A stretch of DNA of 64,000 bases from a virus (taxonomy: Duplodnaviria > Caudoviricetes). The position numbers and the translations under genes are program-made. A model generated the notes under the pieces. That model was given only the letters and a program-made list of their open reading frames with translations. It ran no database searches and was not told where the DNA came from. The stretch spans positions 901 to 64,900 of the IMG/VR virus record IMGVR_UViG_3300037839_000499; one strand, 5' to 3'. Shown here in pieces: positions 39,708 through 48,001 of this stretch. Each line of letters opens with the position of its first letter. Position 1 is the stretch's first letter.

Positions 39708-40444
39708 TTATTGCCCCTGTCGCAGATCTGGATTTAGTAATTAGGGATACCTTGCGCGAGATTCGCAGGGGCATCGCAACAGCTCGAAGCGCAAACCAAT
39801 CAAACCCAACCGCAGGACTTATGGCGGATCTTCCAGAGTACGTGGATTTTGAAATACAAGTAATTACAGGCCATCAGGTACTCTCAAGGGACAGCTCCGA
39901 TACCGACTCTGGAACCACAATCAACAGCGATACCACAACCAACACGGATACCACTACCAACAGCGATACTAATAACGATAGATCTAATAATAACGACACG
40001 TCCACAGAGTCCACAAGTCAATCTCAGGGCGGGTCGAACAATAAAACTAGGAATGCGTCGGGTTCGTTAAGTCGTAACGCGCAAAACAACAAAACCTTAG
40101 CTGGGACCAGCTCTAGCTTCCGATTCATCTCAAAAAGCGGAAGTTCGAATGGATCGAAGAGTAATAGTCGCAGCGTTTCCAAGAGTGGATCCTCAAGCGA
40201 CTCCAGAAGCACTAGCAAGAGCGGATCAAAGTCTCGCAGTAATAGCGTTTCTGGATCTGGATCAAACAGTAAGTCCACAAGCCGAAGCATTAAAACCCTT
40301 AACAAGCAAGAGGCCGACAACGTGCGCGCGTACGGGGTGTTGGATGAGGCAACTGGAGACTATATTGGCACCGGCAACTCAAGCAACCCGTTCGGGTTCA
40401 ATTCTCTCAGCGGCCGCACCCCGGCCCAACCATCATGCGGATAG
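39704..40444 (+). CDS. Ser/Thr/Lys-rich repeat protein (paralog of 38424)
   Basis: N-terminal helix + DLPEYVDFEI, long SKSGS tract, ends SCG. Confidence 0.75.
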   Translation: MIIAPVADLDLVIRDTLREIRRGIATARSANQSNPTAGLMADLPEYVDFEIQVITGHQVLSRDSSDTDSGTTINSDTTTNTDTTTNSDTNNDRSNNNDTSTESTSQSQGGSNNKTRNASGSLSRNAQNNKTLAGTSSSFRFISKSGSSNGSKSNSRSVSKSGSSSDSRSTSKSGSKSRSNSVSGSGSNSKSTSRSIKTLNKQEADNVRAYGVLDEATGDYIGTGNSSNPFGFNSLSGRTPAQPSCG

Positions 40445-40818
40445 TCTTAATCGCCTTCCTCGCTCTGGCTGGGTGTGCGTCTCTGCCACCACCCAAGAAT
40501 CCTTCTTTTGACAGAACGTGGGTGTATCTGGACGAAGCAGAAAGAAACTCTTCGGGCGGGGTTAGTAACGCCATCAAGAAGGCCAAGGAGCAACTAGCGG
40601 CCGCGGAGCAGGCTTGCATGGATAACACCAAGCTGGTGGATCAGTACGCAAAGGATATTGCGGTGTTGCAGGGAAAGGCTGACTACTGGAAGGAAAAGCA
40701 GCGGAAAGCGTTGAAGGAGTTGTGGGTGTGGAGAGGATTACTCATTGGCGTAATCATATTCGCAGCCCGAGGGCCGATCCTATGGGGCATCAGGAAGCTT
40801 GTGGGGATACCTTGGTGA
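40435..40818 (+). CDS. Lipoprotein with C-terminal TM helix (unimolecular spanin-like)
   Basis: Lipobox LAGC at aa 11-14, coiled coil, C-terminal LWVWRGLLIGVIIFAA; first gene of the lysis cassette. Confidence 0.65.
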   Translation: MRIVLIAFLALAGCASLPPPKNPSFDRTWVYLDEAERNSSGGVSNAIKKAKEQLAAAEQACMDNTKLVDQYAKDIAVLQGKADYWKEKQRKALKELWVWRGLLIGVIIFAARGPILWGIRKLVGIPW

Positions 40819-41159
40819 ACTGGATTAGGAATCATCAAGGCGCTGTATCGCTGGTTATCAGCGTTTTAGCTTTTTGGTTTGGCGGAAGTGTAATTCAAGC
40901 CATAGATCCAACGGCCGGGCGGTATGATACTGGGGCATTGCATGGCCTAATAACCGGATCTGTGGCCTACCTTACGGCCGTGTGGCTGGCGTGGATGGTG
41001 CTTCAAATCGAGTGGCCGACACTTAATGAGCATATTGACCTTCAGAAGTGGTTGCAGGACTGGAGGGTAATCAGACCGGAACAAAGGGTATGGTTTACCC
41101 TTGCGGTTTGGGGTCTCTTATTTGCTGGGGGAATTACGTGCCTGCTGGGGTGGAGATGA
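40815..41159 (+). CDS. Putative holin (3 TM)
   Basis: Three hydrophobic segments; directly upstream of endolysin; GTG start overlapping the previous stop. Confidence 0.65.
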   Translation: MNWIRNHQGAVSLVISVLAFWFGGSVIQAIDPTAGRYDTGALHGLITGSVAYLTAVWLAWMVLQIEWPTLNEHIDLQKWLQDWRVIRPEQRVWFTLAVWGLLFAGGITCLLGWR

Positions 41160-41644
41160 GGATCTATGTTCTGGCGTATTTTCTGCTGGCTTCTTGGGTA
41201 TCGGCCAAAACGGACGACCGAGAGTCCGTCCTTGCCGTCGCAAGGCCCTTGGTGGGCGAGGTAGAACATGGCAACAATGCTGGAGAATTTGTCGAAAGGG
41301 TCTTGTCATCTGTTGGGCTGGGTGCTGGGAACCCTTGGTGCGCCGCTTTTAATTATTATGTTTTCGAAAAAGCGGGCTTTAAGGATCGAGTACCAAAAAG
41401 CGCGTGGTCTCCAGACTGGCTTAGAGGAGGCGAAAGGCGGCGCGTCGGGCATCCGGCGGACGTATTCGGCATATACTTTCCTTCGAGAGGCCGTATCGCC
41501 CATACGGGTATCGTCGAGATTCAGCAGGGGCCTTGGCTTACGACCATTGAAGGCAATACCAATGAAGCTGGGTCAAGGGATGGGGACGGTGTTTATCGGA
41601 AAAAAAGGTCGGTCAACTCGGTCATCTTAAAGACGTACCTATGA
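41156..41644 (+). CDS. CHAP-domain endolysin with N-terminal signal/SAR
   Basis: PWCAAF, HTGIV, TIEGNT motifs; MRIYVLAYFLLASWVSA N-terminus. Confidence 0.88.
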   Translation: MRIYVLAYFLLASWVSAKTDDRESVLAVARPLVGEVEHGNNAGEFVERVLSSVGLGAGNPWCAAFNYYVFEKAGFKDRVPKSAWSPDWLRGGERRRVGHPADVFGIYFPSRGRIAHTGIVEIQQGPWLTTIEGNTNEAGSRDGDGVYRKKRSVNSVILKTYL

Positions 41645-41760
41645 ATCCATTGATCATCTGCCTAGGAGTTGTGGTTTTCATGATAATTGTACCAACTCTA
41701 GTTGCCTTCTGGTTGTGGGTTAAGGACAAAGAGCAGAAAGGATATTGGGACTCAGAATGA
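41641..41760 (+). CDS. Small membrane protein (39 aa)
   Basis: MNPLIICLGVVVFMIIVPTLVAFWLWVK..., ATGA-coupled at both ends. Confidence 0.5.
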   Translation: MNPLIICLGVVVFMIIVPTLVAFWLWVKDKEQKGYWDSE

Positions 41761-42119
41761 AACAACCAAGCCAACAGCTAATGAAAGTCCAGGACTGGAT
41801 GGAGCAAGCTTTCAACAGGGAAGACATCCGCGAAAAGATCGTAAAAGCAATCGAGACAGGCCTTACAGCCAATAGGCATCAATGGGAGGGCAAGGCTCAA
41901 TGCGCTTATGAGGTGCCTGACTACGGCATTAGGATAAAAGCAGCCGAGCTTGCCCTGAATTACATCATTGGAAGGCCTGTGGAGCGTTCGCAAATAGTGG
42001 TTGCGCATCAGAGATCCATCGACCCCAAGGAGCTGATTGAAAAGTCTCCAGCACTAAGGAGAGCCTTGAAGCACCTTGTCGAATCAGAACAGGAGGGAAA
42101 AGATGAAATCAGCAGTTAA
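41757..42119 (+). CDS. Hypothetical protein, possibly terminase small subunit-like
   Basis: PDYGIRIKAAELAL..GRP motif resembles TerS-like phage proteins; weak. Confidence 0.4.
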   Translation: MKQPSQQLMKVQDWMEQAFNREDIREKIVKAIETGLTANRHQWEGKAQCAYEVPDYGIRIKAAELALNYIIGRPVERSQIVVAHQRSIDPKELIEKSPALRRALKHLVESEQEGKDEISS

Positions 42120-42435
42120 TAACCCGGATTCTGACGCTCTTAATATTTGGGACTCAGCCAAGGAAGACGGGATTAGGAAATACAAGGCTGGGAGAGCTGC
42201 CCATAAGACATGCTTTTGGACCGGCGGGGCGGAATGGTATGTGAATGAGGCTAGAGCTGAGGCGCTTGATTTAATCGCCTACATACACCACACCAAAAAG
42301 AGGGTTCAGGGGCTTAAGGAGGCCGTCAAAGCATTCGCGTCCGGTGAAATTGGAAAAGATATTTTCGTGAGAACGGCCATGCGCTTGATAGAAGGCATGC
42401 CAAGCGGGAACGGAAGGAGCCGAAAAACAGAATGA
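42103..42435 (+). CDS. Hypothetical protein, possible all-alpha nucleotide pyrophosphatase
   Basis: G..KY...EARAEALDLIAY pattern. Confidence 0.4.
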   Translation: MKSAVNNPDSDALNIWDSAKEDGIRKYKAGRAAHKTCFWTGGAEWYVNEARAEALDLIAYIHHTKKRVQGLKEAVKAFASGEIGKDIFVRTAMRLIEGMPSGNGRSRKTE

Positions 42436-43238
42436 GCGCACCAAAAATATTGCTAGTCATTTCAGATATTCATTGCGGATCTGAAGTTGGGCTAATGCCC
42501 CCAGACTCAAAAACAAGGTCAAAGAACACCCTGGGGTTTGGTAAAAACATCCATCAGAAATGGCTATGGGATAAGTGGCTACTAATGCAGGAGGAGTTTC
42601 ATGCGTACCGCAAAAAAGATCCTTTTGTCCTTCTGCTTAATGGAGATCTCACGGAAGGCGTTCACCATCACAGCATTGAATCTTTGACTCAATCTGTTGA
42701 AGACCATGCAAACATGGCGATTGAGGCTCTCACTCCGCTTGCTGACAAAGCTGAACAGATCTTTGTTACCCTTGGAACCGAGTGCCATACCGGAATGATT
42801 GAGCACATGATTGCCGACAAGCTTGATGCAAGAAGTGGAGCAGCAAGGGGAACTTGGCTTTTCAAGGTTGGCGGGTGCCTTATCAACGCAACCCACCACA
42901 TAGGTACAGCCACTAGAGCCTACACCGAGGCCGGGCAACTGTCTGGTGTTATGGCGAATGCTAGGCTCCAAAGCGCGAGGGCTGGGCATCAGCCTGCTCA
43001 AATCTACTTGCGAGGTCATAGGCATACTGGGGGCTGGTTTTCCGACGGGTGCTCAATGATTGGAGTTACTGGGGCATGGCAGTTTCTTACTAGATTTGGG
43101 AAAAAAGTCGTGCCCGACTCCGTGCCAAGACCAAGCGTCCTTATTTTGGATTGGAGAAACACCAAGTCTGGCGATCTGCCAGCCATAAAAGAGCTAGTAT
43201 ATGCGCCAGAACAAGAAGAAATCGACTTCATCTCCTAA
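42432..43238 (+). CDS. Calcineurin-like metallophosphoesterase
   Basis: SDIHCG, NGDLTEG, GTECH, HH, RGHRH motifs. Confidence 0.85.
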   Translation: MSAPKILLVISDIHCGSEVGLMPPDSKTRSKNTLGFGKNIHQKWLWDKWLLMQEEFHAYRKKDPFVLLLNGDLTEGVHHHSIESLTQSVEDHANMAIEALTPLADKAEQIFVTLGTECHTGMIEHMIADKLDARSGAARGTWLFKVGGCLINATHHIGTATRAYTEAGQLSGVMANARLQSARAGHQPAQIYLRGHRHTGGWFSDGCSMIGVTGAWQFLTRFGKKVVPDSVPRPSVLILDWRNTKSGDLPAIKELVYAPEQEEIDFIS

Positions 43239-43503
43239 CCGAATCGATCTTGAGCGGTCTGCGTGGGAAGCCATTCTCAGGAAACAGACGCAAATGAAGT
43301 TCGACAAGATTCCACCAGGGTGGATCAACTATGAGCAGTTCGCAGAGAAGATGGGCGTTTGCCGAGAGGTCGCAGAGTTAAAGCTGAGGCAACTAGCAAG
43401 GGCTGGGCTATGCGAAAGAAAGGAGTTTAAAGTTCTGTGGGAGTGTGGAGGCGGCCGCGTCCCCACCGCAAGATTCCGACCTTATTTCAAGGTGAAGCAA
43501 TGA
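43201..43503 (+). CDS. Putative winged-helix DNA-binding protein
   Basis: FAEKMGVCREVAELKLRQLARAG. Confidence 0.5.
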   Translation: MRQNKKKSTSSPNRIDLERSAWEAILRKQTQMKFDKIPPGWINYEQFAEKMGVCREVAELKLRQLARAGLCERKEFKVLWECGGGRVPTARFRPYFKVKQ

Positions 43504-43865
43504 ATCCTCAAGAGTTTCGTGAAATGGTTTCGAAGCGTCGGTTTAACCATCCGATGCCCCAAACGCCACCAACGCCGCAACACTCAATGCCATCAATCCC
43601 GCAGATGGCGATGAACCTAGTAAAAGACGGGGCCAAGTGGATACAGGGCGGGATGAAGCTCGTCGCAGACGAAGTCGTGGAGGAACGAATGAAAATATGT
43701 AATAGCTGTGAGTTTTACGTAGGCTCGAGATGCTCAAAGTGTGGATGCCAGATGCGAGTCAAGACTACGCTGGCGACAAGCTCTTGCCCGATAGGGAATT
43801 GGGGGCCGGTTACTACCGCGATTTTGGCTTCCAATCAAACTCAAACGAGTCCGCCGGCATCCTAA
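43500..43865 (+). CDS. Cys-cluster protein (DUF6171-like)
   Basis: ERMKICNSC..RCSKCGC..KT..CPIGNW. Confidence 0.65.
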   Translation: MNPQEFREMVSKRRFNHPMPQTPPTPQHSMPSIPQMAMNLVKDGAKWIQGGMKLVADEVVEERMKICNSCEFYVGSRCSKCGCQMRVKTTLATSSCPIGNWGPVTTAILASNQTQTSPPAS

Positions 43866-44214
43866 GCTCGTCTGCCGAGTCATACGGCACGTCGGTACAG
43901 TTTAGAACGACTGCCTCATCAGATCCCAATGCGGTAAAGCCATGCCATACCCCTGGATGAATCACAAGGACGCTGTCAAATGGCATTAGGACTACGGATT
44001 TAGTGATTGAGTCGGTATGCAGACCGACCATAAGCCGGCCTGACAGCACGATGAATCGATCTGTCTGCTTTTCGTGCTTATGCCAAGCCTTTACAACACC
44101 GGGAAGGCAAGTTGTAACATAAACGTGCCCGATATTACCGAAGCTGGCGTTTACAAGCTCTGCAAGCCAACCCCTGTCATCGATATGCTTGTGAATCTTG
44201 AACTGGGCATTCAT
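43813..44214 (-). CDS. rmlC: dTDP-4-dehydrorhamnose 3,5-epimerase-like cupin
   Basis: DDRGWLAE, PGVVKAWHKH..Q, IHPGVWHGF motifs. Confidence 0.8.
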   Translation of the reverse strand: MNAQFKIHKHIDDRGWLAELVNASFGNIGHVYVTTCLPGVVKAWHKHEKQTDRFIVLSGRLMVGLHTDSITKSVVLMPFDSVLVIHPGVWHGFTALGSDEAVVLNCTDVPYDSADELRMPADSFEFDWKPKSR

Positions 44215-44684
44215 GTCTTAGGCTTGCACCAAGTGTCGTAGTAACCTTGCCCCCACCAAGTAACTATCTCTTCGCCCTTCTTGATCTGTTTTGTTGCCCC
44301 AAAGACCATAAGAAGCTGGTCTGCGATGATCGCAAATGAGGCGTTTGCGTCCTCTTGCTTGTCGGCGCAGTTGTAAATCGCTCCATAACCTAGTGGGAGT
44401 ATGTAGCGGGTTCCGTTGGCAGGGCAGTTAAGCAGGCATGGAGGCCGAGTTGGCCCAGGATTGCAATGGCAAGAGACAGGATATGCGTACCTTGAGATCG
44501 TTGAGTCGCGCTGATACTTCGCTGGCCAGTCGAATATCATGCAATGGCAGAACTCTATTGCCTCTTCCTTTTCAAAATCTTTGCTGGCAAAAACCCCCAT
44601 TCCCTTATGGTCTGCCCCCTTAAGGCTAACTGATGGCAAGTGGCCAGAAGCCTTTATCTCGGAGTACTTTTCTACCAAGTTCAT
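44211..44684 (-). CDS. SET-domain protein
   Basis: KGMGVFASKDF, GAIYNCA..NA (NH variant), ATKQIKKGEEIVTWWG. Confidence 0.8.
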   Translation of the reverse strand: MNLVEKYSEIKASGHLPSVSLKGADHKGMGVFASKDFEKEEAIEFCHCMIFDWPAKYQRDSTISRYAYPVSCHCNPGPTRPPCLLNCPANGTRYILPLGYGAIYNCADKQEDANASFAIIADQLLMVFGATKQIKKGEEIVTWWGQGYYDTWCKPKT

Positions 44685-45256
44685 CGATAAACCCCGAAAA
44701 CAGAATGCCAAGTACCCTCAAGCAAGTGGGCAAAGTGACCTTCGTCCCGCTTTTCGTAATACTTCTTGTAAACCTTTGCAGGGACAGACTTAATAAGTTT
44801 TTTCCTAGCCCAAAGTTGGGCGCCAACCATGAAGGATCCGCTTCTTGGAGGCTTTCCATCCCAAGGATATGCGTGGAGCTGTTCGTGCATGTCTCCCAGC
44901 TCGAAAGGCCAAGGCTTGTCGTTTGCGATATTGACCCCCAGATAGGCCATTGATCTTGGATCGTCTTGGGCTACGGCCTGTATTTGGGAGATCGATCCAT
45001 GCTTAAGGAAGTCACCCTGCACAAATAGGGTAGTGTCGGCCAACTTGTCCCAATTATGGATAATGTGCCATAAGTACTGTCCTGCCTCGCGCCCGCCGTT
45101 AGGGATCCTTGTGATTGGCAACTTGCCCAAGCTGTCCTTTTTGGCTTCACGGATCCCATCAGTAGCCCGGTAGATAGTCTTCTTCCAAGCCTTAGGGACA
45201 TCCTTAAGCCATTCCAACTGCTCGCTATACGATGCAACCACGATTTCTAATTTCAT
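44681..45256 (-). CDS. DUF3431-family protein
   Basis: IVVASYSEQLEWL, PNGGREAGQYLWHIIHNWDKLADTTLFVQG. Confidence 0.8.
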   Translation of the reverse strand: MKLEIVVASYSEQLEWLKDVPKAWKKTIYRATDGIREAKKDSLGKLPITRIPNGGREAGQYLWHIIHNWDKLADTTLFVQGDFLKHGSISQIQAVAQDDPRSMAYLGVNIANDKPWPFELGDMHEQLHAYPWDGKPPRSGSFMVGAQLWARKKLIKSVPAKVYKKYYEKRDEGHFAHLLEGTWHSVFGVYR

Positions 45257-45603
45257 TTTTTAACTCCCCTTAGTTTTAACGGCCAGCGCTTCTGTATGTT
45301 GCGGGTGTGTCGTTTGAGGGCTTCGGCCACGGCCGCCGGCGTCCACCCCATGTTTGCTAAATCAGTTATGATATTGTGCCGAATGGTGTCCAAGTTCTCG
45401 CCCTTAGTCCGTCCGGTCAGATGGTCATAGGCAACTTGGTATTTATTGCATAGGCCACCAAGGTCTTTTGAAATAGTTGCGGCTCTTGGGTTTTCTGGGG
45501 TGGACAACGAAACGATCCCCTCAAGTCTGGACATTCGCTTTTCAACGTCGCCCACGCGATAGGTCAAAGCAGCCCAGACGCTTTCTCTTGGATCGTTTAT
45601 CAT
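45253..45603 (-). CDS. HTH protein (DnaA C-terminal-like)
   Basis: R..I...L...GWTPAAVAEALKRH. Confidence 0.45.
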   Translation of the reverse strand: MINDPRESVWAALTYRVGDVEKRMSRLEGIVSLSTPENPRAATISKDLGGLCNKYQVAYDHLTGRTKGENLDTIRHNIITDLANMGWTPAAVAEALKRHTRNIQKRWPLKLRGVKK

Positions 45604-46091
45604 GCCCCATTCCTTCTTAAGCCGATTTTGCTTTTTGTGGTTTCGACTAAAAGAGTTTGCAAGTCGGCGGCCTTGCTAAGTCCCGAGTACCTTTGCGAAG
45701 CGGCATGAACTAGATCCTCCGTTCGCTCCATAAACTCAAGTTTATCCATTTTCTGCATCTCTTCGGCCTTTGAATATTGAACTGGTGTCAGCCATTGAGC
45801 CAAAAAATTCCATCCCGCTTGAGGAAGCAATAGGCAGGCTGTTCTAATCGAATAACAGATGCCGTTCTTAGCGCAGAAGTTCTCAACTTGGATCTCGCGA
45901 TCCGTATATTTACGCTCGTCCTTATCCCAAATCTTCCCGATCCCGCCAAGTTGCTGGACTATGGATAATGCGTCAAAGATCCACGCACCATGCTTCTCGA
46001 TTAAACTTTGCTTGGTTATGCGATCATATTCCGACCGCTTTTGATCTGATCTTGTTTCTGGTTTCATAAAGTTATAGTCCTGCCTCGACAA
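45600..46091 (-). CDS. Hypothetical protein
   Basis: Coupled ORF in the - strand operon. Confidence 0.55.
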   Translation of the reverse strand: MSRQDYNFMKPETRSDQKRSEYDRITKQSLIEKHGAWIFDALSIVQQLGGIGKIWDKDERKYTDREIQVENFCAKNGICYSIRTACLLLPQAGWNFLAQWLTPVQYSKAEEMQKMDKLEFMERTEDLVHAASQRYSGLSKAADLQTLLVETTKSKIGLRRNGA

Positions 46092-46737
46092 GCCTTCGCT
46101 TGGCCTGTCTCCACTCGTCTTCGCTTGAGTAGCCTTGCACCATCCAACCTGGCTCTGACGCCTTGTCTGGCTGTGCCGTCGTAATTTTAATGTTCCCTTC
46201 GCACTTCATCAGCCAGTTCTGGATAAAGCGAAGAGTCATGCGTCGTTCCGGCCGTGTGGTCAGCCAAGCCTTCATTTTCGCCAGCTGATCTCGAACGTTA
46301 ATGCCTCTGGCGTGATGCTCGTTTAGAAGTGCGTTAAGCCGAGTCTGGTCGGATGGGTTGCCCTTGAGATATAGGTCAAAACTATCAAACACTTTCTCAA
46401 GCCGTTCCTCGACCATGTGCTCCCTAGCCTTGGTTTTGCGACCCTCTTCGCGGATCATTCTTCGGCAGTAAGGAATCTTGCTATTTCCGTCCCGACTCCA
46501 AAGCTGGGAGGCCTCGATCTCGTCACGCATCTTAGTCAGCTGATCTTGAGTCAGCTTGTATCGCTCCATTAGATCCTCACTTCGCCACGGCCGGCCGTTG
46601 GGCTTAAGCAGGAAGCCTCGCCTCGGGCTTTCGTGCATGAGGATCACAAGCTCAAACCAGAACGCTCTGGTCTCCCATGAGAGGTTTGCCGTGTCGGCTC
46701 GCCAAGCTTTTGGGGAGAAGCGGATAAACACTTCCAT
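46072..46737 (-). CDS. Putative replication initiator-like protein
   Basis: F.P..W..D...LS...R..W..L...M N-terminus and RRM motif; C-terminal RFIQNWL. Confidence 0.55.
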   Translation of the reverse strand: MEVFIRFSPKAWRADTANLSWETRAFWFELVILMHESPRRGFLLKPNGRPWRSEDLMERYKLTQDQLTKMRDEIEASQLWSRDGNSKIPYCRRMIREEGRKTKAREHMVEERLEKVFDSFDLYLKGNPSDQTRLNALLNEHHARGINVRDQLAKMKAWLTTRPERRMTLRFIQNWLMKCEGNIKITTAQPDKASEPGWMVQGYSSEDEWRQAKRRLVEAGL

Positions 46738-46932
46738 TTATTGCTCACCCTTTTTCTCCAGTTCCTTTACCTTGTCGGCAAGCTCGCGCGTCAGTTGCCT
46801 AATTTCATGCTTTAGGTGTCCGTTCTCTAGGAACAGAGCCTCATTGGACTCGCGCATCTGGCGCAAGCCGACATGAAGAATAGCCTCTGCGGCGTTGGTA
46901 AAGGATAGGGGTGCGGGACGACCACTTAACAT
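46738..46932 (-). CDS. Small coiled-coil hypothetical protein
   Basis: Coupled ORF. Confidence 0.5.
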   Translation of the reverse strand: MLSGRPAPLSFTNAAEAILHVGLRQMRESNEALFLENGHLKHEIRQLTRELADKVKELEKKGEQ

Positions 46933-47378
46933 TTTGTGACCTTTGGAATTAGTAGTTTTGAGATTGAGATTTCGATCTTCGGAGGCTCACCCTGAGCAGA
47001 GTAAAATTTGGATGTCTCGCCAGCGCATACTTGGCCGTCATCTTTCCAGAATCCGGCATTCGTCAATGCGTCCATCAAAGGCTTGAGCATGTTGTCTCGA
47101 TCTGGCCGTACTGGAGCAAATACCCGCTCCTTGCCCTTAACTGACTTGGGGCGAGAAAGAATAAAGGAGACATCAACACGGATTGGTCCCTCCAACGGCC
47201 TAGAAGGCCGCGAAGTTCTTGCCAAAGCCACAAGGAGATCCACGTACCCCTTGCTCCGCTTGTCCCTAAAAACCCTGCCACGACCAAACCGAAGTCCGGA
47301 TTGGATGGTCTTAGGCTTTACCTCAAGGGTCAGTCGGATCGGAGAGTCTGGATTGCTGCTTTTAATTTCTGTTTCCAT
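46926..47378 (-). CDS. rusA: RusA-family Holliday junction resolvase
   Basis: RPDRDNMLKPLMDALT..FWKDDGQV. Confidence 0.9.
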   Translation of the reverse strand: METEIKSSNPDSPIRLTLEVKPKTIQSGLRFGRGRVFRDKRSKGYVDLLVALARTSRPSRPLEGPIRVDVSFILSRPKSVKGKERVFAPVRPDRDNMLKPLMDALTNAGFWKDDGQVCAGETSKFYSAQGEPPKIEISISKLLIPKVTKC

Positions 47379-47587
47379 GTTCTCTTATGTCCTTTAATTC
47401 GAACTAATGCCTTGCCGTCGCCAACAGGGAAGATGTCTAGTGGCCCAGCATCGGCCGTCATTCCGATGGCAATTGGCCCCCAGAAATGGATGTAGGCGTA
47501 CACCGCATTCCTCCAAAAGGCCTGTTGCTTGCGCTCTTGGCCGAGTTGGGTTTCCCGCTCTTGTCGCGATGTGGGGCGACTAGGCAT
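47330..47587 (-). CDS. Hypothetical protein
   Basis: ATG 47587 overlaps the upstream stop region. Confidence 0.45.
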   Translation of the reverse strand: MPSRPTSRQERETQLGQERKQQAFWRNAVYAYIHFWGPIAIGMTADAGPLDIFPVGDGKALVRIKGHKRTWKQKLKAAIQTLRSD

Positions 47588-47753
47588 CAGAGTAATCCCT
47601 CCTAACATTGACCTTCTTGGCTGTCTTGGCTGATTTGCGGAAGTTCTCAGCCGTGGGCGCACCATCCGCTCCAGTCTTCCTCATCTTCTCACCACTTCCA
47701 CCCGCGATCCTTCGTCTCTTGGCTTGAATGTTTGCGTAAAGGCCTTTTTTCAT
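47580..47753 (-). CDS. Small basic phage protein
   Basis: MKKGLYANIQAKRRRIAGGSGEKMRK..GAPT..F..SAKTAK, a motif I recognise from small environmental-phage proteins. Confidence 0.6.
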   Translation of the reverse strand: MKKGLYANIQAKRRRIAGGSGEKMRKTGADGAPTAENFRKSAKTAKKVNVRRDYSDA

Positions 47754-48001
47754 CAAAAGTCCACTCCCACGGATTCCTTGGCCTTCGGACGCTCTTGAGG
47801 GATGAGAGGGGAGACGGCGAGGGAGAGGTAGGTCTGCCCAGCCTTTGACTTCTTGATCCATCCGGCCAGACGCCACTTCTCGGACATTACGGTGACAGTT
47901 CCGGTGTAGTCTGGCTGTTTCTCTGTCTGCTTCTTTTCGTTGCGGAACAAGACCCCGCTGTTGTCCTTGTCTTGATAGACTTGGGTTGCTGTATCATTCA
48001 T
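47753..48001 (-). CDS. DUF736-like putative ssDNA-binding protein
   Basis: GVLFRNEKK..KQPDYTG..LAGW..YLSL, C-terminal DF. Confidence 0.65.
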   Translation of the reverse strand: MNDTATQVYQDKDNSGVLFRNEKKQTEKQPDYTGTVTVMSEKWRLAGWIKKSKAGQTYLSLAVSPLIPQERPKAKESVGVDF

